Shown here: positions 1 to 10,540 of the stretch, piece by piece | How positions within the stretch are numbered: position 1 is the stretch's first letter | Layout of the letters: each line of letters starts with the position of its first letter | Origin: Gemmatimonadales bacterium | GTDB taxonomy: Bacteria; Gemmatimonadota; Gemmatimonadetes; Gemmatimonadales; GWC2-71-9 | Length of the DNA stretch: 64,000 nt | NCBI GenBank assembly: GCA_965249575.1 | Contig: OZ252244.1 | Span: 3,776,001 to 3,840,000 of the forward strand | Direction of reading: 5' to 3' | Made by a program: the position numbers and the translations under genes | The notes under the pieces: model-generated | What the model was told of the DNA's origin: nothing | Seen by the model: the letters and a program-made list of their open reading frames with translations, nothing else | Database searches by the model: none

Positions 1-2501
1 GCCGCCGTCGGACGAAGAAGGCGACCAGCAAGCGGGCGGCGGCCAAGCCGCCTGCCGAGGTTCCTGCGGAGCCGCGACCGAAGCGCCGGCGCCGGACGGC
101 TGCGGAGGTAGCCGCGCGCGAAGCCGCTGAGGAGGCCGAAGCCGAGCGCACGCGTGAAGCGGCGGCCGCGCTGGAAGACACACAACTGAAGCCGTCACCG
201 GCCGAACCCAAGCCTAGTCTCGAGGAGCGTGCCGCCGCGCTGTTCGGGGAAAGGCCTTCCGGTACCGCAGGACCTGGGGCGACGGCTCAATCGGAGGTTC
301 CCGAGTCGACAGCCCAGATGGCGGCGCCGACGGAGCCGGCTGCGGCCGCCGCAGGGGCAGCCGAGGGGGCTCCCAAAGCGCCGTCGGCCGCGCCGGCGCG
401 TGTCTCCCGACAGGTTCCGTCACCCGCTCGTCTCAAACCCGTTGCCTCCGCCACACCCGGGAAACCAACGCCGCCCCGTCCGGTGGCCTCGGCGGCGCCA
501 GGCGAGACGGCCGAGGAACGGCGCCGAGACAAGAAAAAGCGCAAGAAGGGCCGTCGGTCACAAGTGGATCAGGAGGCGGTGCAGGCGAACATCAGCCGGA
601 CGCTCGCCTCCATCAAGGGCCCAACTGGGAGAAAAGGGCCGAAGCGGCGGGAAGACGAGCCGAGTTTTCGGGAGTTGGAGGAACAACGCCGCGCTGAGGA
701 GCGAGAGCGCGAAAAGACGCTCGTGCGGGTCAACGAGTTCATCACGGTGTCGGAGCTTTCCGACATTCTCAAGGTACCGCCCACTCAGGTCGTGACGTTC
801 TGCTTCAAAGAGCTGGGCATGATGGTAACCGTCAATCAGCGTCTCGATTTCGACCAAATCGAGTTGATCGCTGGTGAATTCGGGTTCAAGGCTGTTCAGG
901 AAGAGGAATACGCCGGGGCAACGGAAGAGGAAGGCCCAACCGACGAGCCCGAGGAGCTGGAAACACGGCCGCCCGTTGTAACGGTGATGGGCCACGTCGA
1001 TCACGGCAAGACGTCGTTACTCGATTACATCCGACAGACCAACGTCATTGCGGGCGAATCGGGTGCGATCACGCAGCATATCGGCGCGTACAGCGTCAAG
1101 CGGCCGGACGGGAAGCACATCACCTTCCTCGACACCCCTGGACACGAAGCGTTCACCGCCATGCGGGCTCGGGGCGCGCAGGTAACCGATATTGTCGTGC
1201 TCGTCGTCGCGGCCGACGATCAGGTCATGCCACAGACGGTCGAGGCGATCAGCCACGCCAAGAACGCTGGTGTTCCGATCGTAGTGGCGATCAACAAGAT
1301 CGACCTCCCGGCGGCCAACATCCCCAAGGTCAAGCAGGACCTCCTCACTCACGAGGTCGTGCTCGAGGACTTCGGCGGCCAGGTCCAGGCGGCGCCCATT
1401 TCGGCGAAGACCGGTGAGGGCGTGGAGGAATTGCTTGACCAAATCATGGCTCAAGCCGAACTGCTCGACAAGAAGGCGAACCCTTCCCGCCCGGCGCGGG
1501 GCACGGTGGTCGAGAGCAGTCTGGACCCCGGGAAAGGCCCGGTTGCGACCGTTCTAGTCGAGACGGGCACGCTCCAGGTAGGCGACGACTTCATCTGTGG
1601 TAACCTCGCCGGAAGGGTCCGCGCGCTCCTCGGCGAGCGCGGGAGCCGCATCAAGAACGCCGGTCCATCCGTTCCAGCCCAGGTACTGGGATTTGACGGC
1701 ATTCCACAGGCTGGTGACGTGTTCACCGTGGTAGCCAACGCCGCCGATGCACGGGAGATTGCGCAGAAACGCCAACGGCTCGATCGCGAAGCCGCACACA
1801 GGCGAACGTCTCGCGGTGTGTCCCTGGAGGATCTCTCCAAGCAAATCGAAGAGGGCCGGACGCAAACGTTGAAGATCATCATCAAGGCGGATCAGGGTGG
1901 CCCGGCCGAAGCCCTGGCGGACGCCTTTGCGCAGCTGTCGACGGACGAGGTCAAGGTCGAAGTGATTCACCGCGGCGTCGGCGCCATCACCGAGGGCGAT
2001 GTCGTTTTCGCGAAGGCCTCCAATGCCGTCATCGTTGGGTTTCACGTGCGGCCTGATGCGAACGCGCGGACCGCCGCGGAGCGCGAGAGTGTGGATATCA
2101 GGACCTACCGGATCATCTACGAGGCGGTCGAAGAGATCAGGTCGGCGCTCGAGGGCCTGCTGACACCCGAGGAGCGGGAGGTTGTGCTTGGCGAGGCCGA
2201 AGTGCGGCAGACGTTCAAGATCTCCGGCACCGGCACGATTGCGGGCTGTTTCGTGCGGAACGGCATCATTCGCCGCGGCACCCGGATCAGGGTGGTGCGG
2301 GACGGGGTGGAGATCTATACCGGGAACATCGGGAGTCTGCGCCGCTTCAAGGAGGATGTGCGCGAGGTCAAGGAAGGGTTCGAATGCGGTATCGGCGTGG
2401 AGAACTTCAACGATGTCAAGGTTGGGGACGTGCTCGAGGCGTTCCACGTCGAAGAGGTAGCCCGAACGCTCGAGCCGGCAGGGGGAGCCCGGAGTACGTA
2501 G
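1..2501 (+). CDS. infB: Translation initiation factor IF-2 (5' partial)
   Basis: [16 protein letters not shown] and NKID GTPase motifs; C-terminal GFECGI. The frame is open from position 3, so the true start lies before the window. Confidence 0.98.
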   Translation, partial: RRRTKKATSKRAAAKPPAEVPAEPRPKRRRRTAAEVAAREAAEEAEAERTREAAAALEDTQLKPSPAEPKPSLEERAAALFGERPSGTAGPGATAQSEVPESTAQMAAPTEPAAAAAGAAEGAPKAPSAAPARVSRQVPSPARLKPVASATPGKPTPPRPVASAAPGETAEERRRDKKKRKKGRRSQVDQEAVQANISRTLASIKGPTGRKGPKRREDEPSFRELEEQRRAEEREREKTLVRVNEFITVSELSDILKVPPTQVVTFCFKELGMMVTVNQRLDFDQIELIAGEFGFKAVQEEEYAGATEEEGPTDEPEELETRPPVVTVMGHVDHGKTSLLDYIRQTNVIAGESGAITQHIGAYSVKRPDGKHITFLDTPGHEAFTAMRARGAQVTDIVVLVVAADDQVMPQTVEAISHAKNAGVPIVVAINKIDLPAANIPKVKQDLLTHEVVLEDFGGQVQAAPISAKTGEGVEELLDQIMAQAELLDKKANPSRPARGTVVESSLDPGKGPVATVLVETGTLQVGDDFICGNLAGRVRALLGERGSRIKNAGPSVPAQVLGFDGIPQAGDVFTVVANAADAREIAQKRQRLDREAAHRRTSRGVSLEDLSKQIEEGRTQTLKIIIKADQGGPAEALADAFAQLSTDEVKVEVIHRGVGAITEGDVVFAKASNAVIVGFHVRPDANARTAAERESVDIRTYRIIYEAVEEIRSALEGLLTPEEREVVLGEAEVRQTFKISGTGTIAGCFVRNGIIRRGTRIRVVRDGVEIYTGNIGSLRRFKEDVREVKEGFECGIGVENFNDVKVGDVLEAFHVEEVARTLEPAGGARST

Positions 2502-2502
2502 C

Positions 2503-2784
2503 GTGATCATCGGCGTGATGGGGTGGGACCTGCACCTGAACGGCTGCGCGTCGCTCAAGGACAAGCGCCGGATAGTGAAGAGCCTCAAGGACCGGCTGCA
2601 TAAGCGCTTTAACGTGTCGGTGGCGGAGACCGGACACCACGAGCTCCATCAGCGTGCAGAGCTGTCGTGCTGCGTCGTGGCGGGAGACCGGCGACATGCT
2701 ACTCAAGTACTCGGTGCTGTCGACCAGTTGGTTGCCAGCGACGGGCTTGCCCGAATCATCGATTCCACGACGAGTTTTGTGTGA
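2503..2784 (+). CDS. DUF503 / YlxP family protein
   Basis: SLKDKRRIVKSLKDRL...FNVSVAE signature; usual position between infB and rbfA. Confidence 0.9.
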   Translation: MIIGVMGWDLHLNGCASLKDKRRIVKSLKDRLHKRFNVSVAETGHHELHQRAELSCCVVAGDRRHATQVLGAVDQLVASDGLARIIDSTTSFV

Positions 2785-3140
2785 CCCGGCCGTCCAAGCA
2801 TCGGCCGGAGCGCATCGCGAGGCTCATTCAGGAAACCCTTGCGTCAGCGCTCGCCACGGAGGTCAAGGACCCCCGAGTCGGCTTTGTGACGCTTACCGGC
2901 GTCCAGGTGTCCCAGGATGGGCAGCACGCACTGGTTCGCGTGAGCGTCCTGGGGGCATCGGAAGAAAAAGAGCGGGCGATGGCGGGATTAGAGAGTGCTC
3001 GTGGGTTCCTTCGAACTCACCTAGCTCGGACGCTGAGCTTGCGGAGCGCCCCGGAGTTGCGTTTCGAGCTGGACCGGAGCCTCGACCACGCAGCCCGTAT
3101 CGATCAGCTCCTCGCCCGAGTCCGACGGGGCGAGGCGTAA
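2781..3140 (+). CDS. rbfA: Ribosome-binding factor A
   Basis: RPERIA..IQE..KDPRVGFVTLTGV..PELRFELD; GTG start overlaps the upstream stop. Confidence 0.95.
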   Translation: MTRPSKHRPERIARLIQETLASALATEVKDPRVGFVTLTGVQVSQDGQHALVRVSVLGASEEKERAMAGLESARGFLRTHLARTLSLRSAPELRFELDRSLDHAARIDQLLARVRRGEA

Positions 3141-3143
3141 ACT

Positions 3144-3998
3144 CTGATCACCGGGGTCCTTCTCCTCGACAAGCCCGCCGGCCCGACCTCGCACGACCTG
3201 GTGGTGGCGGTGCGGCGATCCGTGGGAACGCGACGAGTCGGGCATGCCGGGACCCTGGATCCCTTCGCGACTGGGCTGCTGGTGGTCCTCGTGGGTAGGG
3301 CGACCCGGCTCTCGCAGTACGTCGTGGGACTGCCGAAGCGATATACGGGAACGATCCGGCTCGGAACCTCGACCGCCACCGATGACCCCACCGGCGAGGT
3401 GCTCGAATCGAACGACAGCTGGAACAGCGTCACGGACGCCGCCATACGGGATGCGATGCACTCCCTGATGGGTCGGCAGCGACAGCGGCCGCCCCGGTAC
3501 TCCGCTAAGAAAGTGGGTGGCCAGGCTGCGTACCGCCTCGCGAGGCGCGGCGCGCGTGTCGAATTGGCGGAGCAATGGGTGGAGGTACACGAGCTCACAC
3601 TGATCGACCGCGACGGCAGGGATGTGAGGTTCGACGCTTACGTCGGAAGCGGAGTCTACGTTCGCTCGTTGGCGCGAGATCTGGGCAGCGCGGTTGGCTG
3701 CGGCGCGCATCTGAGTGCGCTGCGTCGTCTCACCGTCGGGAGCTTCTCGGTTGACACCGCCCTGTCACCCGCACATCTGGACCAGACACCGCCGCTGCTA
3801 CCGGCCCTCGAAGCTGTCCGCCACCTGGCGCTTCTCGAGATCGACGAAGCTACGCGGGAACGTGTCCGGTTTGGCGAGGCGATCCGTGTGCCTGGGGATG
3901 ACCCCGGGCCCGTCGCGCTGACGGCTGATCGCGAACTCGTCGCGGTGGCCGAGCGAGATGGCGAGGTGCTGCGTCCGAGGGTGGTACTCGAGGGGTGA
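3144..3998 (+). CDS. truB: tRNA pseudouridine(55) synthase; probable non-canonical CTG/ATC start
   Basis: GHAGTLDPFATG, PPRYSAKK and SGVYVRSL motifs. Conserved GVLLLDKPAGPTSHD lies upstream of the first GTG. Confidence 0.95.
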   Translation: MITGVLLLDKPAGPTSHDLVVAVRRSVGTRRVGHAGTLDPFATGLLVVLVGRATRLSQYVVGLPKRYTGTIRLGTSTATDDPTGEVLESNDSWNSVTDAAIRDAMHSLMGRQRQRPPRYSAKKVGGQAAYRLARRGARVELAEQWVEVHELTLIDRDGRDVRFDAYVGSGVYVRSLARDLGSAVGCGAHLSALRRLTVGSFSVDTALSPAHLDQTPPLLPALEAVRHLALLEIDEATRERVRFGEAIRVPGDDPGPVALTADRELVAVAERDGEVLRPRVVLEG

Positions 3999-4933
3999 GC
4001 GGACTCGATTGCCTCCCCAGCGACGCACGAGATACGGTCGTCACCGTTGGGACGTTTGACGGCGTCCACCTCGGGCATCGTCGGGTGCTGGAAGAGATCG
4101 CCGTCCGAGCGCGCCGCGCAGGGCGGCGGAGCGTGCTTGTGACCTTCGAACCGCATCCCATGGAGGTCGTCAACCCGGACGCCGCCCCTCAGCTACTGAC
4201 GCTCGGTGACGAGCGCCGCGAGATCTTGGCACAGAGCGAGCTGGATGTCGTCGCCTTTCTGCCGTTCACGCGCGTACTGTCCCGATACCCACCCGATGCG
4301 TTCGTTCGGCTCTTGATCGATCGCTTCGGTCTGAAGGAGCTCGTCATCGGGCACGATCACGGGTTCGGCAGGGGCCGCGCCGGCGGCGTGCAACTGGTCC
4401 GGCAGCTCGGGTCCCAGCTGGGGTTCGAGGTCGACGTCGTCGACGCGGTCGTGGTGCACGGGCGATCGGTCTCATCGACCTTTGCCCGCCGCGCCATCGC
4501 GGGGGGCGACTTGCGAGCCGCGGCAGAAAGTTTGGGTAGGCCATACTCCATGACGAGCGTAGTCATGCGCGGGGCCGGGCGGGGCCACGAGATCGGCTAT
4601 CCCACCGTCAACCTCCAAGCACCGGATCGCCGAAAACTTCTGCCCCCGGACGGTGTCTACGCGGTGCGGGTCCAATGGGCCAGCGGGAGTGCGGGTGGAA
4701 TGATGCATCAGGGACCGCGCCCGACCTTTCGAGAAGAAGCCCGCTCGCTCGAGGTCCATCTGTTCGACACGAACGAGGATCTCTACGGTGCGTCGTTGAA
4801 GCTCGAGTGGATTGGCCGCCTGCGGGACATCACTGCATTTCCGACGCCGAAGGCCTTGAAGGACCAGCTGGACCGCGATGCTCTGTCCGCTCGCAACGCG
4901 TTGACACAATATGATTTCCGAGCTAGTCATTAA
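3995..4933 (+). CDS. ribF: Bifunctional riboflavin kinase/FAD synthetase
   Basis: GTFDGVHLGH, GYPTVN, GPRPTF and LEVHLFD motifs. Confidence 0.96.
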   Translation: MSGLDCLPSDARDTVVTVGTFDGVHLGHRRVLEEIAVRARRAGRRSVLVTFEPHPMEVVNPDAAPQLLTLGDERREILAQSELDVVAFLPFTRVLSRYPPDAFVRLLIDRFGLKELVIGHDHGFGRGRAGGVQLVRQLGSQLGFEVDVVDAVVVHGRSVSSTFARRAIAGGDLRAAAESLGRPYSMTSVVMRGAGRGHEIGYPTVNLQAPDRRKLLPPDGVYAVRVQWASGSAGGMMHQGPRPTFREEARSLEVHLFDTNEDLYGASLKLEWIGRLRDITAFPTPKALKDQLDRDALSARNALTQYDFRASH

Positions 4934-4956
4934 CGCTCTTTAGCTCCCGGACCGAC

Positions 4957-6600
4957 ATGTTCTCTACTATTCGTGGCCGACTTATCACGATCGCGGTACT
5001 GGTGGGTCTCGCCACTTACTTTCTGTGGCCGAGGGACGTCTCACGCCGGGTACGCGCGCCGGACGGGACGATGCGCGATACCATCGAAACGACCGTTCCA
5101 CTGAAGAAGGGACTCGACCTGCAGGGAGGGATTCACCTCGCTTTGGAGGTCGACGAGTCGAAGGGGATAGTCACGGATCGGTCTGGCGCATTGGACAGGG
5201 CACTCACAATCATTCGTGCCCGAATCGACGAGTTCGGCGTCGCCGAACCGCTCATCCAGAAGGTCGGGGACGAGCGCATCGTCGTGGAGCTGCCGGGCCT
5301 GAGCGATCCGGCTCGCGCGAAAGCGATCGTCGAACGGTCCGCGTTTCTCGAGTTTCGCATTACCGACATGCAAGGCCGATTTCGGACTGCCCTCCCGACG
5401 ATTGATGACGCCTTGCGAAAGGCTGGGATTCGCTCCAACGCGGAGGGCGGCTCCGGAGTGACCGCCGTCGAGCGGCTCCTCGCGGGAGACTCCGCTGCTG
5501 ACACCGGAGAGGATGGGAGCGATCCGGACAGCCTCGACCTTAACGCGCCGGGCCCGCTTACCTCTCGCCTCTTTAACGGATCGCAACCAGGCGAATTTCT
5601 GGTTCCCGAAGAAGATTTTGCGCAGGTGGACAGTCTGGTTCAGTTGGAAATCGTGGAGCGTGCCCTGCCACGTGGCATCGAGTTGTTATGGTCCGCCGAG
5701 CCATTGTCACAGGGTGCCCGCTCGTTTCGGGCGCTCTATGCGGTCGAAGAGCGGGACATCCTGACAGGCGATTACCTGTCAGACGCGCGAGCACAAATCG
5801 ACCAGGTCTACAATCAGTCGATCGTCACCTTCACGTTGACACGCGGGGGCGGCCGAGTGTTCCGGCGAGCTACCGGGCAGCACATCGGCGACAACATGGC
5901 CATCGTCCTCGACGGGAGGGTACAGGGTCAGCCGCCGGTCATCCGAAGCCAGATCGGGCAGCGCGGACAAATTGAGCTGGGAAACTCGAGCCTGCAGCAG
6001 GCCCAAGACTTGGCACTCGTGCTGCGAGCCGGAGCGCTACCGGCTCCATTGACCATCGTCGAAGAGCGTACCGTGGGACCCAGCCTGGGTCAGGACTCGA
6101 TTGACAAGGGAGTCCGTGCCATCACGATCGGCGGCATCCTCGTGATCGTCATCATCGGCGCGTACTACAGACTGGCGGGTCTCCTGGCCATCGCGGCCCT
6201 GGGATTCTTCATCCTGTTCGCCCTCGGTGGGCTGGCGATGGTAGACGCGACGCTCACCCTCCCGGGACTCGCGGGGTTCGTGCTGTCGATCGGAATGGCA
6301 GTTGACGGGAACGTGCTCATTTTCGAGCGCGTGAGGGAAGAACTGGCGTTGAACAAGACGATCCGCCTGGCTGTGGATGCCGGATTCAAGGAGGCGCTCC
6401 GCGCGATTATCGACTCCAACGCAACGACGCTCATTACGGCGGCCTTCCTGTTCCAGTTCGGTACCGGGCCGGTGAAGGGATTCGCGGTCACGCTGACAAT
6501 CGGCATCATCGCGTCACTACTGACGGCGGTCTTCGTCACGCGCACGCTGTTCTTGCTGTGGCTTGCCCAGAAGCCGGACATGAAGGAGCTACCGATCTGA
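4957..6600 (+). CDS. secD: Protein translocase subunit SecD
   Basis: GLDLQGG, VGPSLG, GMAVDGNV and IIDSNATT motifs. Confidence 0.97.
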   Translation: MFSTIRGRLITIAVLVGLATYFLWPRDVSRRVRAPDGTMRDTIETTVPLKKGLDLQGGIHLALEVDESKGIVTDRSGALDRALTIIRARIDEFGVAEPLIQKVGDERIVVELPGLSDPARAKAIVERSAFLEFRITDMQGRFRTALPTIDDALRKAGIRSNAEGGSGVTAVERLLAGDSAADTGEDGSDPDSLDLNAPGPLTSRLFNGSQPGEFLVPEEDFAQVDSLVQLEIVERALPRGIELLWSAEPLSQGARSFRALYAVEERDILTGDYLSDARAQIDQVYNQSIVTFTLTRGGGRVFRRATGQHIGDNMAIVLDGRVQGQPPVIRSQIGQRGQIELGNSSLQQAQDLALVLRAGALPAPLTIVEERTVGPSLGQDSIDKGVRAITIGGILVIVIIGAYYRLAGLLAIAALGFFILFALGGLAMVDATLTLPGLAGFVLSIGMAVDGNVLIFERVREELALNKTIRLAVDAGFKEALRAIIDSNATTLITAAFLFQFGTGPVKGFAVTLTIGIIASLLTAVFVTRTLFLLWLAQKPDMKELPI

Positions 6601-7577
6601 TGTTTCGGCTCTTTGCACACGCCGATTTTGATTTCCTGAGCCTACGGAAACGGGCGTTCTGGATTGCCGGTGCGTTCATCGGCATCGGCCTCGTCTTACT
6701 GGCGGTTCGGGGGCTGAACGAGAGCATCGAGTTCACAGGCGGTACCCTCCTGCAGATCCATGCGACGGACCCCGGGATCTCCACCGGCACACTCCGGTCC
6801 GCCCTCGCAACCGCCGGCATCGAGGGTGCCGAGATTCAGACGTTCGGTGCACCCGACGAGTTCGTCATTCGCGCGCGACTCGATCCCCGTGCGGACGTTT
6901 CGCAGCAGTCCACCCAGGAGACCTCCACGGCCGTAGATGACGCGCTAGAGGACACGTTCGGGACGGACGCGTATCAGATTGTCAGAGTCGAGGCGGTGGG
7001 GCCGAAAGTAGGAGCGGAGCTGAGGCAGCGTGCGCTGCTCGCGATCTTCCTGTCGTTCGGTGCGACACTCATCTACTTGTGGTTTCGTTTTGAATGGCGG
7101 ATCGGCGTCGCGGCGATCGCGGCCACCGCTCACGACATAGCGTCCGCCATTGCCTTCATTACGATGCTCAACCTCGAGGTGTCGCTCGTGGTGGTAGCAG
7201 CCCTCCTGACAATCGTTGGGTACTCGCTGAACGACACGATCATTACGTTTGACCGAGTGCGCGAGAACCTGCACAAGTATAAGCGGCGGCACTTCGCCGC
7301 CATTCTCAACCGTAGCATCAACGAAACACTACCCCGAACCGTTTTGACGTCCGGAACCACAATTTCCGCAACCATTGCCCTCCTCATATTTGGATCGGAA
7401 GTCATCCGTTCATTTGCGTGGGTGATGACGTTCGGGGTCATCACAGGCACCTTCTCTTCCGTCTATATCGCGTCAGCCGTTCTGTTGGCGATCGAGGGCC
7501 GTTGGCCGGGCGAGGACGTACGCGGAGCAAAGGTCATTCCTCAGGCTCCTTCGGCCCGGAGCGACGCGGCGGACTGA
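6600..7577 (+). CDS. secF: Protein translocase subunit SecF
   Basis: IEFTGGT, VGPKVG and GYSLNDTIITFDRVRE motifs; ATG overlaps the secD TGA. Confidence 0.97.
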   Translation: MFRLFAHADFDFLSLRKRAFWIAGAFIGIGLVLLAVRGLNESIEFTGGTLLQIHATDPGISTGTLRSALATAGIEGAEIQTFGAPDEFVIRARLDPRADVSQQSTQETSTAVDDALEDTFGTDAYQIVRVEAVGPKVGAELRQRALLAIFLSFGATLIYLWFRFEWRIGVAAIAATAHDIASAIAFITMLNLEVSLVVVAALLTIVGYSLNDTIITFDRVRENLHKYKRRHFAAILNRSINETLPRTVLTSGTTISATIALLIFGSEVIRSFAWVMTFGVITGTFSSVYIASAVLLAIEGRWPGEDVRGAKVIPQAPSARSDAAD

Positions 7578-7578
7578 A

Positions 7579-8349
7579 GTGCTGGTCGACACGCATTGCC
7601 ATCTCGGTGACCAAGGATTCGATGCCGATAGGCCGGAGGTTCTCCACCGGGCCCGTTCCGCCGGTGTGGAGCATGTAGTGATCGTTGCGGAGTCCGCTTC
7701 AGCCAGCGATACGGCGGCGGTGCTTGCCCGGGAGCTGGGCTTGTCGGCGACAGCGGGGGTCCACCCGCATGAGGCCTCGTCCCTTAGCTTCGACGTCCTG
7801 CAACGAATCGAAGCGCTGCTGGATCGGCCGGAGGTCGTGGGGGTGGGTGAGACGGGTCTCGACTACCACTACGATCACTCGCCACGCCCCGACCAGCGGC
7901 GATCGTTCGCGGCGCACCTGGAGCTGGCGGGGCGGCGCCGATTACCGGCCGTGGTACATGCGCGGGATGCGGACGACGACATGGCAGACATGTTGCGCGA
8001 CGCATCTGCCCCGATCGTACTGCATTCGTTCAGTTCTGGACCGAAGGTTTTCCGGGCGGGTATCGAGGTCAACGCCTATTTCTCCTTCAGCGGGATGGTC
8101 ACGTTCAAGAACTGGAAACTGAGCGAATCGCTGGAGGGGTGCCCACCGGATCGGCTCCTGCTAGAGACCGACGCGCCGTTTCTCGCTCCGGAGCCCCACA
8201 GGGGACGCCGGAACGAACCGGCCTACGTTCGGCGGGTCGCCGAGCGCGTGGCGGAACTCCTCGGTGAATCAATCGATAGCATTGCCCTGCGAACGACCGC
8301 CAATGCGACCCGGTGTTTCGGAACCCGGGTTGGCGGTGTGACGGTTTAA
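7579..8349 (+). CDS. tatD: TatD family hydrolase
   Basis: DTHCH, GVHPH, GETGLDY and LETDAP motifs. Confidence 0.93.
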   Translation: MLVDTHCHLGDQGFDADRPEVLHRARSAGVEHVVIVAESASASDTAAVLARELGLSATAGVHPHEASSLSFDVLQRIEALLDRPEVVGVGETGLDYHYDHSPRPDQRRSFAAHLELAGRRRLPAVVHARDADDDMADMLRDASAPIVLHSFSSGPKVFRAGIEVNAYFSFSGMVTFKNWKLSESLEGCPPDRLLLETDAPFLAPEPHRGRRNEPAYVRRVAERVAELLGESIDSIALRTTANATRCFGTRVGGVTV

Positions 8350-10028
8350 TGACGACGACGACGGTTCCCAGCGATATCGCGATTGCGCAGGCGGCGCGCC
8401 CGCGACCGATCGTGGACGTAGCCGCGGACCTCGGCCTCGCTCAGTCGGAGCTGATTCCGTATGGGGAACACATGGCAAAGATCCGCCCCGAATCGGCTCG
8501 GGAGCGTCCCCGCCGCGGAAAGTTGATTCTCGTCACTGGCATCAGCCCTACGGCCGCGGGCGAGGGAAAATCGACGGTGACCGTCGGGCTGACGCAGGCG
8601 TTTCGCCGCCTCGGCCAGAGCGCGGTGTTGTGTATCAGGGAGCCAAGCCTCGGACCTGTGTTTGGTGTCAAGGGGGGCGCCGCCGGCGGCGGCTACGCGC
8701 AGGTCGTCCCGATGGAAGACATCAATTTGCATTTCACCGGCGACTTCCACGCGATCTCCAGTGCTCATAACCTCCTGGCCGCCATGGTGGACAACCACCT
8801 ACACCACGGAAACGATCTCGGTATTGACACCCGCAGGGTTACGTGGCCCCGCACGATCGACATGAACGATCGCGCGCTCCGCGGAACGGTGGTTGGACTT
8901 GGTGGCCCATTGGGTGGCATGCCACGGGAGGATCAGTTCGTCATCACGCCAGCGAGCGAAATCATGGCGATCATGGCGCTTGCCCACGACATCGCGGACC
9001 TGGAGAGCCGCCTCGGTAGGATCATCGTGGGAACGACCATGGACCGGAAGCCGGTGAGGGGGAGTGACCTCAAGGCCCCGGGCGCGATGACCCTTCTGCT
9101 CCGCAGCGCCCTGCTTCCGAATCTCGTGCAGACGCTCGAAGGTGGACCGGCTCTCGTGCACTGTGGCCCGTTTGCCAACATTGCGCATGGGTGCAGCTCG
9201 GTCGTGGCGACCGACCTCGCCCTGCGACTTTGCGATCTCGTGGTAACGGAGGCGGGCTTCGGGGCCGACCTGGGCGCCGAGAAGTTCTTTGATATCAAGT
9301 GTCGCGGTGCGGATTTGGACCCCAAGGTAGCGGTAGTGGTTGCCACCGTGCGTGCGCTCAAGCTCCACGGAGGTGTGCCCAAAGATCATTTGGGGGAGCC
9401 AAGTACGGAGGCGGTCAATCGGGGGGTTGCGAACTTGGCGCGCCATCTGGAAAACCTGGCGAAGTTCGGGGTACCGGCTGTCGTGGCGCTCAATCGGTTC
9501 ACATCCGACGCCTCGGCCGAGATTGAACTCGTCACGTCCCGCTGCGGCGAGCTGAACGTGCCGGTAACGCTGACCGAGGTATGGGAAAAGGGTGGGGAGG
9601 GCGGGGAAGAACTCGCAAATGCGGTTCTATCCATCCTGGAGGAAGGCAAGAGTAGTTTCACTCCCCTGTACGACGTCGCCCTCCCGATCAAGCAGAAGAT
9701 CGAGACGATCGCGCGGGAGATATACGGAGCGGCAGGAGTCGATTTCTCACCGGCGGCGGAGCGGACCGCCCGCCAGCTCGCTGAATTCGGGCTCGCCGAG
9801 ACGCCTGTATGTATCGCGAAGACCCAATACTCCTTCAGTGACGATCCCACGCTCCTCCGCGCACCGTCCGGGTTCCGGTTGAAGGTTCGAAGCCTCTATC
9901 CCTCTGCCGGGGCCGGCTTCGTGGTCGCACTCGCGGGCGATATCATGACGATGCCTGGACTGAGCCGATCACCTGCCGCTGAACGCATGCGCCTCGACAC
10001 CGACGGAACCATCGAAGGCCTATTCTAG
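8349..10028 (+). CDS. fhs: Formate--tetrahydrofolate ligase
   Basis: GEGKST, KGGAAGGGY, FANIAHG, TEAGFGADLGAEKF and MTMPGL motifs. Confidence 0.97.
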   Translation: MTTTTVPSDIAIAQAARPRPIVDVAADLGLAQSELIPYGEHMAKIRPESARERPRRGKLILVTGISPTAAGEGKSTVTVGLTQAFRRLGQSAVLCIREPSLGPVFGVKGGAAGGGYAQVVPMEDINLHFTGDFHAISSAHNLLAAMVDNHLHHGNDLGIDTRRVTWPRTIDMNDRALRGTVVGLGGPLGGMPREDQFVITPASEIMAIMALAHDIADLESRLGRIIVGTTMDRKPVRGSDLKAPGAMTLLLRSALLPNLVQTLEGGPALVHCGPFANIAHGCSSVVATDLALRLCDLVVTEAGFGADLGAEKFFDIKCRGADLDPKVAVVVATVRALKLHGGVPKDHLGEPSTEAVNRGVANLARHLENLAKFGVPAVVALNRFTSDASAEIELVTSRCGELNVPVTLTEVWEKGGEGGEELANAVLSILEEGKSSFTPLYDVALPIKQKIETIAREIYGAAGVDFSPAAERTARQLAEFGLAETPVCIAKTQYSFSDDPTLLRAPSGFRLKVRSLYPSAGAGFVVALAGDIMTMPGLSRSPAAERMRLDTDGTIEGLF

Positions 10029-10040
10029 GAGGACGAGCCC

Positions 10041-10418
10041 ATGCGCCTGGTATCGACGAAAGCGGCACCCGAGGCGATTGGACCGTACAGCCAGGCGACC
10101 ATGGTCGGCGAGTACGTCTTCACTGCGGGCCAGATCGCATTGAACCCTGAAACCATGGAGCTCGTCGAGGGGGACATCGCCGGGCAGACGGAGCGCGTCC
10201 TCCAGAACCTCGGTGCGGTGCTCACCGCCGCCGGTAGCGGATCGGATCAGGTTGTGAAAACCACTGTCTACCTGACGGACATGGGTCACTTCGTCAAGAT
10301 GAACGAGGTGTACGCTCGGTTCTTCGGAACGCACAGGCCGGCGCGGGCGACCGTTGCCGTCGCCTCGTTGCCGAAGAACGCCCTGGTCGAAATTGACGCG
10401 ATCGCGATGAGGCGGTGA
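10041..10418 (+). CDS. ridA: RidA family enamine/imine deaminase
   Basis: APEAIGPYSQA, GQI, RPARATV and LVEIDAIA motifs; AGGAGG SD. Confidence 0.93.
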   Translation: MRLVSTKAAPEAIGPYSQATMVGEYVFTAGQIALNPETMELVEGDIAGQTERVLQNLGAVLTAAGSGSDQVVKTTVYLTDMGHFVKMNEVYARFFGTHRPARATVAVASLPKNALVEIDAIAMRR

Positions 10419-10429
10419 CACATCGGTGT

Positions 10430-10526
10430 GGGGGCGGATTGGGCCTGGTGGCCCGCGCGGTCTTCAAAACCGCCGGGAGGCGCCCGTGGCGGCTCCGGTG
10501 GGTTCGATTCCCACACGCTCCCGCCA
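10430..10526 (+). tRNA. selC: tRNA-Sec (anticodon TCA)
   Basis: Anticodon loop CTTCAAA (TCA at 10464-66); 6-bp D-stem with TGGT loop; long variable arm; GTGGG-TTCGATT-CCCAC T-arm; GCCA end. Confidence 0.93.
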
Positions 10527-10540
10527 TGCGGCCCCGCAAC

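Noticed and set aside
4901..4929. Internal secD promoter (perfect TTGACA)
   Set aside because: No convincing -10 at 16-18 nt spacing.
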